A DNA stretch of 36,542 nt. Source: Octopus bimaculoides (taxonomy: Eukaryota). Where the stretch lies: positions 150,453,149 to 150,489,690 of the forward strand of contig NC_068982.1 of the NCBI RefSeq assembly GCF_001194135.2, given 5' to 3'. A program made the position numbers and the translations under genes. Of the stretch, positions 10,301 to 20,677 are shown piece by piece; position 1 is the first letter of the stretch, and each line of letters opens with the position of its first letter. The notes under the pieces were generated by a model. That model was not told the DNA's origin. It saw only the letters and a program-made list of their open reading frames with translations, and searched no databases.

Positions 10301-13300
10301 TCAATATAATGAGTAGGCTACTTAAACTTCAGCGAGCAGGCATAAGCAGAGTCATCTATTTTGCTTCATCACAAACAACTTAGGATATGATGTATGAATA
10401 ATTTCATATTGTTATGCATACCCAGGAAGAACTTGCCTTCCTCTTTGAAGTTAAAAAATATTCAGCTGTTGTGAGCTTTTTATAAGACCCACAACAAAAT
10501 ACTGTTGCTAATCAAGGTTGTTGCTGCAAATAGACAGTCACTTAACTGCATCGATGAGAAAGGGCACCTGACTCATTAGTATGGAGTTTTTAACCAACAC
10601 AGTCACAACTTCAGAAGGGTGGTCTCCACAACCTATCTTCTCTACTGATGCTACAATGGTCTTTGTTCATTGTTCTGCTGGTCCCATGCAACCTTACCTC
10701 TTGCCATTCATATAGGATATACTCTCCACCCACCACCTTATCTGAATGCAAGCTTTCTACAGTCATTGGTTTTCTGATTTTTAAGAATTTTATCTGCCTC
10801 AAATGGCTCGTGAAGGACATTGGGTACAGTCCCTTCTTTGACACTAATTTAAAAAAAGTTAGTCAACTGGAAGTCAGACAAGGTTTACTGAGGAATGAAA
10901 ACAAGAGATAAATTAAACTAACTGTTAGAATGAGAAAAATTTGTATAAAAAAGAAATTATTTGTAGAAAAAGTTGCAAAAATGCTGTAATGTGAAAAGCA
11001 AAATTAAGAATAAAGTTTATCTAAAAAGAAATAATTACTGTGAGGTGGTTCTTCATCTTCAGAAGAAGAAGAGGTTGAACTTTCAACAGTGTCTTCATGA
11101 GTCCTATAATGGCGTCGCTGTTGAATACCTAATTTTACAGGAGAAGCAGCCTTTGCAGATTCATGATTATGACCTTGCTTATTATCCTATGAATAGACAA
11201 CATGTTATAATGTAAAAACACTAAGCATATAAACCAAACTGAAGTGAAGATAGAGAGAAAGCAAGCATGAGAAACAGAAAAGATACCTATCCAATACATA
11301 TATACCTTAAAATTCAAATGAGATAATGGCTGCTGTCAAACTGGTCTCTTTGCAGTCAAAGAAAAATTGTGCTCCCCATTATATAAAGGTAAAGTTAAAA
11401 TATATTTTGTTCATAAAATTACATAACAATATACATAAAAAAATTTTGTAACAAAAAAGTAAAGACAAGACATTCAATAAAAATCTCCACAGAAAAAATG
11501 TTAAGAAGATTATTTCATGAATACATAAACAATGCTAAAATAAAAAAATATTAAAAATCTAAACAAACAATATAGAATGAACCTGAAAAAAAAAAAAAAG
11601 CCAATAATTGTATTTCATGGATTGTTTTGTAATGAAATTCTTGGAATAATATTCTAGCCTTTTCTTTAAGAGGCAGATAAATAAAACACTTAAAGTATTT
11701 GTAACCAAGGATTTGTTTGAAATATATCTTCTAAAACTGTCATTATTACTGAATTAAAAAAATATTCAATATATTTTCCACATAAAAGAGCTATTATTGC
11801 AATTTATATATACAATGTTTAATTATTTGAAAGGCTTTAAAATGATACTGAATATTTTCATTTTCTCTTTACAAACTATACTATTAGCATAAAAATGTTG
11901 ATTAAATTTTTTAATTTTCACATTTTATTAATGCTTGAACTGAAACATTTTCTGCTCTCTTGGACAGACAACTTACAGTGCTAGAGTGATAAAACAGACT
12001 GCAAGGGAATATACATTTGTACTATCAAGCCAAAAACAAAAACAGATGTGGTAAATTATTTGGTATGTAACAAACAATTTGTACAAAAAAAAAAAAAAGT
12101 TGTGAAGAAGCAGTCATTTCTGTTGTGGTAATATTAATCAAATCCCAGCATCTTTGTTTTGTATCTTTAAATACACAGCTTTCATACAATATGACCATTA
12201 GTTATACTGCTTTTAACAGAGTAACAGATTCTTGTCAATTGGAATAAGTAGCCAACCATGTAATAGATTCAAGCTGGATCGATATCACTTCTCTTGCCGA
12301 GAAATTCTTCTTAGGTCTGTGAATCACCAATGAAGATAATGATGGGACTGACAAAGAAAAAGTTATACAATGCTAAAAATGAAAAATTATATTTTTTCTT
12401 TAAAATTCAAAATAATATAGGTAATGACATAAACAAGAAAAAAAATTATTTATTCAACATCAAAACCCTTAAAGTTCTGGCACAGTGAGTTTGACATTCA
12501 AGTTTTCAAGATAATCTTAATATATATATGCTGAAAAGCACACATGCAAAACACAAAGTATTTCAAATGATATAATTAAAATACTTTAGTAAAAATCATG
12601 AAAACAGTTATACACGCAGGCCATGAATTTATGAACAACTATGGATATATGACCTAGTAATGTGATTGACATCTAATTAGTATATATAAAAAAAAAGAAA
12701 AAAGCATTCTCCATTACTATATAAGCTGTCTGATTGCACTGACTGCTTTTTATCTTGACTTAGCTCCTGAGTTTGTGTCTCATTACACCTGTTTTTTTTT
12801 TGCAGCTCACATCTCCCATTATTTCTCGGAAGTACTTTGCACACCAGCTTAGCATTTTTATATTCAACTTGCACACTGCCAATCAAATGCAACAAACCTG
12901 TACATAGTATATATAGAACATGTGCACGATCCATTTTCCTAACCATGAAAGAGAGAAAGAATATGCAATGGGACTGAGGAATACAGGAAGATCACTTTTC
13001 CAGATGAGTATAGCAATTATAATTTTGGGTGATGAAAAGAGAATATCATGTAGATCAAATTTGACCAGAAGTTTTGAGTTCGTTAATTGTTAATTTCTTT
13101 ATGTATTCTCTAATTATCCCTTTGTATCTCAATGTCTGATCTAAAACAAATAGGACACAAAAGTTAAAATGCTGCAGGTCCATTCATAAGAATCGGAAGC
13201 AAAAGGGATAAAACTGAAGCCAAAGAAAACCACTTGTTTCAGTATATATATATAAAAAACCCCAAAAAACTCAAGCTAGAAGGGAATAAAAATCAATAAT

Positions 13301-16300
13301 AAAAAACCAACGTGAAAAACAAATAGCATTTAACCCTTTGATACCAACTCACTTGAGACTGCCTCTTATGTCAATACAAACTTTCTGTTTTAATGTAATC
13401 TAATTAAAACTCTCCATCAAATTTCATGCTAAATTTATATTTCAAATCAGCAGCTTAATAACAAAAGTAGAGTATTTTCGGAGAAATATAGTATCCTAAG
13501 GGTTAAACCACCTATCTATTACCTACTATCTACAAAAGGTGGAAAGGTTAAAAAAAGAACAGTCAAAAATGTATAATTTACTCATATCCTTTTACTTGTG
13601 GCCATATTCCATATTTAGAGTAATTGCTGTTGACACATCAAACCAAGATGTGATATTTTCCTATTTAGAACTGATGATGACCTGGCTGATAAATTGCCTT
13701 TGTTAAGCAGAGGGAGGGAAAAGAATAACAAAGTAGAACTTGATAAAAAGTAATATTAAAGATTATACCTACTGTAAGAAAAACAAAAACAAAATGAGAA
13801 TGGTGCAATAGGCATGAGGTTTTGGATCTTGTCTGTAGGGCTTGTTACTATTTTCCAGAAATTCAAGATGAACTTAAACTTAGAAACTATTGCCAGGCAA
13901 ATTTCTGAAGTTTACCAGTTATTTTGAATTTTTCAATTAGAAATAGATACTCTACAAAATTGGCAGAATACATTATATAAGCTATTACTACTACAGTGTA
14001 TGTGTGTCAGGTCCCACTGCCTGTCACCATGGGCAAGTGCTTTCTACTATAGCCCCCACTGGCTGACCAGATACTTGGACATAGATTTGGCAGACAGAAA
14101 GTGAAGCTCATAATGTGCATACAAGTATGTGTGTACCTGTATGCAAGCATTAGCTTCTTGCCAGTGTCATATCCTACAAAAGGGTCATAGAAAAACTCTC
14201 CTTTGACATTCTCTCGTCTAATCCATGCAAACATGGAGAAGCAGACGTTAAAATGGCGATGAGGATGATATGTATTGGGTTGGCAACTAAGTTCCTGCAG
14301 TTTTTTTTTAAATTTTGGAATCTATTTCTTTCGAGAATTCTATTTTTGAATCATTTTGGAATGTATTTTGTTTATTTTTTCTAGTTAATTTTAGTTAATT
14401 TTTGTTTATTTTCAGATCATTAAAATGGGATGTCAAGTTAAGAAAAACGAGCATTTTTGACACCTCCTTCTTTTTGCTTTTAATCAAGGTTCTAAGGCCG
14501 CAAGTGTTGCTTGCGACATTTGTGCTGTCTATGGAGAGGGTGCCATAACTGAAAGAACCGCTCATGATTGGTATGCCACGTCCAGTTGAGTTCGATGAAG
14601 AGCGATTAAACCAACTTTTGCACAAAAATTCTCACCAAACAACAAGGGAACTGGCAGAGAAAATGGAATGCCCGTACACTGCTATACTAACACAGACACC
14701 TCTCATATGCAGATAATGTCTAGCACTTTTAGCTCACTTGTGTTTCTTATAAAAAAAATTAAAAAATCTAAATTTCAATGTTAGTAGATTTAGGTAACAG
14801 GAATTAACAACTCTTTGCAAACAATGAGCGAAATCTAGAGACTTCATCCTACAGATGATCCTATAGTTAATAAATCCTGAATACCACAACTCAGATCCCA
14901 ATGTGGTCACTGAATATACTGATTTCCTAGCTAATTCTTTCATACACACTCAACGAGATCACTCCATAAATGATACAAGATTTTTTTTGTTCTACTACTA
15001 TTGAAACCCTTGGCCTTTGGTATGTTGACTGTCACACCATTATTCCACACTCACACATTATGTATTGTAACACAAATATGCTTTTGGAAAAGCAGTAATA
15101 ATCAGAATCCATTGACAACAGCCTTGTAAACAAAGTCAACAACACAAAGTCTATCAATAACCACAATACATCATCATAGGTACTATACAAATTGCATTTT
15201 TTAAAAAGTATGATCTCTATATGAATGACATCAACCAGCTCCAATGGCAAATTTTCTCTTAGGATGTTGAAACTACTGAGAGACTACATCTCAATTTTAC
15301 TCTAGGCAACACTTTTGACATTGGTGACACTGAAAATGAGGGGGAAAAGAACTAAGAAAAAGCTTAGACTTATCCCTAAAAGTTTTGGAAAAAGTAACAG
15401 TAACATGTGTGCATACAAACAGAGAGAATACTGAGAGATAAAGCAACACCAAAAAGTTATCTAATGACCAGTTTGGAGAAATAAGTACAAGTAAAGAGGA
15501 GCAACTCATATCTAGGCAACAGAAAGACTAGTTGAAGTGATCTAACTCAATGCCATCAACTATACAACAAATATACAAATAGGGTAGATTTTTACCAATT
15601 ATATCATGCATCATCTACTTACACTCACTACGACTGATCAGCAAAATCTAACTTATTTTTAACCCTGTACCATTAAGAGACAACTATAAAATTCCAAATG
15701 CTATTACTCACTTTAACAGACCACACACACACACATTACAACCAGATTCACCTGACTTTTCTACAGTAAATGTAACTGATTAGTTACATTCTACTTCTTC
15801 CTAGATCCATTCAATAAGCATGTCTCTCCTCTATTCCAAAGGTTTCAGGAATTTCTACCTGCTCACTTTCCTCTCTATATACGAACAAACTCACCTGCTT
15901 GGAAGGCTGAAAATACTCAGGAGTACACTGCCTCATACTTAGACTAAAGTAAACAAGCTCAATACTGATAACATCTTTTAGGCATGAATATTCAAATGCA
16001 TTTATGCTCATTCACACAGAACTAATTGTCTTATACAACAACTTTTCAACTATCCCAATCATTCTGAAATGACAAAGTGAAAACTTAGTTAACTCCTCCT
16101 TCTTTAACTGAACACGCCTCTCTGCATAAGAATCAAACTGGTTAACAAACAGACCATCAAACTATGTTGTATCTAACCAAACATACATAAAAATATCTAT
16201 ACTATCATGCAAACAGTAAAGAATGACTAAAAAAAATGCAACATGGATGGACACATATTTAATAAAAAGACAACACATAAACATACATTTTACTCTTTTC

Positions 16301-18235
16301 TCCAGGGTACATGAAATCTAATTGTTTCAATGTACTCACACAGCAAGCATTTGCTGATACAATTGATTAACTATACTGGTGAAAATTTATTAAAGAAATT
16401 ACACAAAAGCAACTTACCTTGGCAATCTGTTATTATGATAATCTGTGAGCAAACATCCAGCAGTGACAAGTTTTCAATCTTTCTGAAACTGTCCTGGTTT
16501 TAACATAAATTGGCCTCCAGTTTCCGTTTTTGGAGAGGTTTCAACACTGGATGTGTGCTTCCAAAAATAGAATAACTTCAACAAATCAGCAGTGTCTCTG
16601 TTTGGTTTCCAGTAAAAAAGAAATAGACTAACTTAGGGTGAAATGCCAAAAAAGCTAATAATATTGTAGCATTAATCACTGCATTGTTTAGCAGACAAGA
16701 GAATAGTACTGATAAATTAGATTAATTGTATCTTGCAGTCTTAATTAAATCCTACTCTAATATTAGTTAACCTCTAATACAAGGAAACTGTCTAACCATT
16801 GTTATTAAAAAAACTAATTAAGTGACCTTAAAACCAAAAATTGATCAGCCGAAAAACAGTAAACCTGTAAATTGCTGCTTTCTTTTTATAAAAGAAATTC
16901 AAAATTTCAACATCAAAAGTAGTCACAAACTTAACTTGCATTCTCCTACACATAAGAATTTCCATAAGAGATGGCAAGTACAAGAGAATTTTGGATTTAA
17001 ATTGAACTAAAGAAATATCATACATTAAAAATATTCTAGTCAGGCTTCCAATAAAAAAAACAATAAAAAAAACAAACCATTTAAAATATTTTCTTATTTT
17101 CCTTTTTTCTCCATCTAAAATGATTAGGATTTCAACACAAAAGAAAACATTTAAATGTCTCACCTGTCCAAAAAACACTAAATATATCACAATAAGAACA
17201 AATATATAACAAACAAACACCTTCAAAGAGCTAAACTTAGAGAGTATTTGTAAGAAAACATCATTCAGTTTCATTCTTTGTTAATGCTTTATTAAGCATT
17301 TATTTTTTTTCTGCATATTTTCCAAATCCAGTTTTTTTGTTTCCAATTTCATGTCTACAAAACAATGCTTTTCTTATGTCTACTTCCATCAGTATGGTGT
17401 TATTTCAATAAGGTGGTAACCAATAGTCTCACTTGTTTGTTATTTATGCTCTCCACTCACCTGTCCTGGAAGCTGCATTAAAAACATTCAGAACTGGGTC
17501 TAAAACGACTGGATCACTCTGCTCTACCCTACTCCCATTTAGGTTGGAAATCTACTTGTCCAACTCCAATTAAAACCACAGCTACTTAACATGAAGTATT
17601 TTATTGTGCATTGACAATGTACTTCTTCAAACTTCTATTCCATTTCTCTTCAAAACAAGACAACTGACCAACTACCTAGGTATATTTATTTTCATTCCCA
17701 CTAATTTCACTTACCCGCTGAAATTAGTCTTTTTTTTTTTTTGATAAAACAGGAAAGCTAATTTTATTCAAACTAGAATTTATGGAGCAGCAACAAAAGT
17801 GGGAAACTAGATCCGTCAATCTTCATTGAAAATGAACCTAGCGTATTGTTTCTGAGTATTCACTTGCACAATATGCTGTTACACCTTGTTTAGAAATTCT
17901 TATGAAGACAGGCCTGGAAAAAGATTTCATTATCATATAAAGGGACATGCAATGTTAAATAAATTTAATTCATTTATAAAGGAAATTGAAATCAATTTGG
18001 AGTATTCAAATTAACTGTAGGGAAATAATCATGATAAAAAGAAACATTTCTGTCTAGATCATCAGCACAATACCAAGATGTTACATATTCGACTGTACCA
18101 ACAATCCCAGTGACAAGCAGCCATTAAATAATTCTATAAAGCTAAGAGTAAAGACGATGGAATTATACTCAAAATAAATACAATCCAAATTTATGTTGTT
18201 TGAGAGGAAAAGTGAGTTTCTTAACACTCTAGCTA

Positions 18236-18289
<54 letters not shown>

Positions 18290-20626
18290 NNNNNNNNNNN
18301 NNNNNNNNNNNNNNNNNNNNNNNNNNNNNNNNNNNNNNNNNNNNNNNNNNNNNNNNNNNNNNNATATATATATATATACACACACACACACATATATATA
18401 ATGTAATTGTCATTGTTAAAAAGTTACAATATTCTAACAATGAATTTTTTTTTGGGGGGGGGGGGTAATATTTCCCATCATCTTTGCTTTTCAGAGAAAT
18501 TTGAAATTAATAAAATCTGGAAACACAAAAAAATAATAATCTAACTGATTGAAACTATCTAGTGAAAAGACAAAATGACTTAGTCTATGATTTAATTGTA
18601 TACAAACATTTTTCCTTTAAATGAAGTTAAAAAGCCTGGGTCAATAACTGGAGAAACTATCATACAAGCCTGTTTCAACCGAATTACTTACCCTTCTGGA
18701 ATTTTCAGTAGTGCGCTTTGATTTACCAGCTGAACTTGAACTTGATGAAGACTCAGATGAACTACTGGAAACAGAACTGGAGCTTGGAGACCTGGTAAGT
18801 AAAATATTGTTTGTGGTGTAGGCATGGAGTTTTACATTATTTTAGGGTAGATGAAAGGGAAAATAGTGATGCTGTTATCATTAAAAAAAGGAAATGCATC
18901 TAAAACTATATCACAGACTTAGCATGTCAGAAGAATACACCTACTTCATGGAACTTGCTGCCAAGAAAATGATAATAATGACAACTTGTTTAATTATTGA
19001 GGACCTAATTACTTATGAAGTATCATGCAGTAAAAGAAATTTTAACTTTATCAGAACATATATGATTTTAAGCTTTGTTACAAATAAGTTGGCCTACTTT
19101 GGATGGTTGCTTTATGGAATAAGAGCACCACTAAAGTGGCCAGGATTTTTTTTTCCTGATAACTTCTTCAGAGTTCTATTGTTTAAAACAGGAAAGATTT
19201 GGGGTGGAGGAAAAGGTTTGTTTTCGTTTTTTAAATTTAAATACTGGGCCCTTTCAAACAACCATTTGTGATTTTTCTGTATTTTCCTTTTTATTTGTCT
19301 GTTGAAACAACAGAGATTATGATTCTGCAGAATATTCTTTTCAAATTTTTTAAAGTCAAAAACAAACAAGTGATGCATAATCATGTTGTATAGAAAGGTG
19401 TAGCAGTATCATTTAAAACTGCCACGAAGACAAAGATGTCTTAGAGAGAAGCAACTACAGAGGAATGAAACTACTGGATCAGACTAAAGGTCACAAAAAG
19501 AGTCTGAACACAACTGATCTGTGAGTAGACCTAGCTGAAATGTAGTTTAGCTTTGTATTAAGAAGAGATCCCACAGATACCATCTTCCTAACGAAAGAAT
19601 TGAACAAGAAATATGTGACTAAGAATAAATTGCTATTCCCGACTTTCACTGATCTGGAGAAGCCATATGACAGGGTACCATGTTCAGTAGTTTGGTGGTT
19701 TAGATGAATGGCTTGTGAGGGATATACAAGCTATGTACAAAGATACAGTAAGCAGAGAGTTGACAACTATTTCAGTGATGAATTTAGCATGAAGGTAGTT
19801 CACCAAGGGCCAGTCCTCTCCTATTCATAAATCCTACAGGATCTTACAGAGGAGTTTTAAGATTGAATAACCCTGGAAATTCCTATATACTCCTGATCTA
19901 GTTCTTACAGCTGAATCTATAGGGGAATTAGAAGAAATTCCAGACATGGACACTGAACCTAAAATCAAGAGATCTCAAAGTAAACTTAGTAAAGACTAAG
20001 GATTTTAGTAAGAAAAAAGACATGATCCTGGCATCTTCAAGATAGTGGCCCTGCTTGATATATTTAGGAAAAGAGGTATTAACTCCATACATTATACCCA
20101 ATGTAAGCTATGGATAAATAAGTAGTGTAGTGAAATCACATGTGCAAATAGGGAAAGTAAGCTTCAGATGTGATAAATGCACTGAAAAGATTGGAAAAAC
20201 GTCCAAGAGAATCTTTCACTACTGACAATAAAAGTCTTTTTCCCCAAGTAAAATGCAGATTGTATGATGCTTGAGTTAAAAATGTGATGTGACATGATAG
20301 TGAGATATGGGCTTTCAATGCAGAAGACTGAAAAGAAATAAAGTGAGCATGGTCAACTGGTTGTGCAATGTAAATGTGCACAAAGACATAATACAAATGT
20401 GCTGAGAGAAAAACGGAGTAAGAGGAATCAGATGTAGTGTGCAAGAAAGAAGACTGAACTGGCATGGTCATGTGATGCAAATGGATGAGGAAAGCTGTAT
20501 AAAGAAGTGCTGATCACTTGACATGGATGGAAATTGTAGAATAGTGAGGTCGAACTGCTGATTGCAGTTCCTTGAACCTCATGAAGGATTCGACAAGAGA
20601 CTGAGATGAATAGCAATATGCAGTTC

Positions 20627-20677
<51 letters not shown>

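Noticed and set aside
12677-12946. ORF 12677..12946 as an extra SRRM1 coding exon
   Set aside because: No convincing acceptor/donor pair in the phase required between exons 9 and 10, and the composition is not SR-like.
237-14690. Idea that the two mariner pieces (C-terminal at 237-901, N-terminal at 14273-14690) are halves of one element split by an inversion
   Set aside because: The first has both of its own TIRs, the TIR sequences differ, and the intervening SRRM1 exons are collinear.
18791-18800. Plus-strand CTG|GTAAGT exactly opposite the exon 9 acceptor
   Set aside because: It is simply the reverse complement of the ACTTACCAG acceptor; there is no other evidence of an antisense exon.
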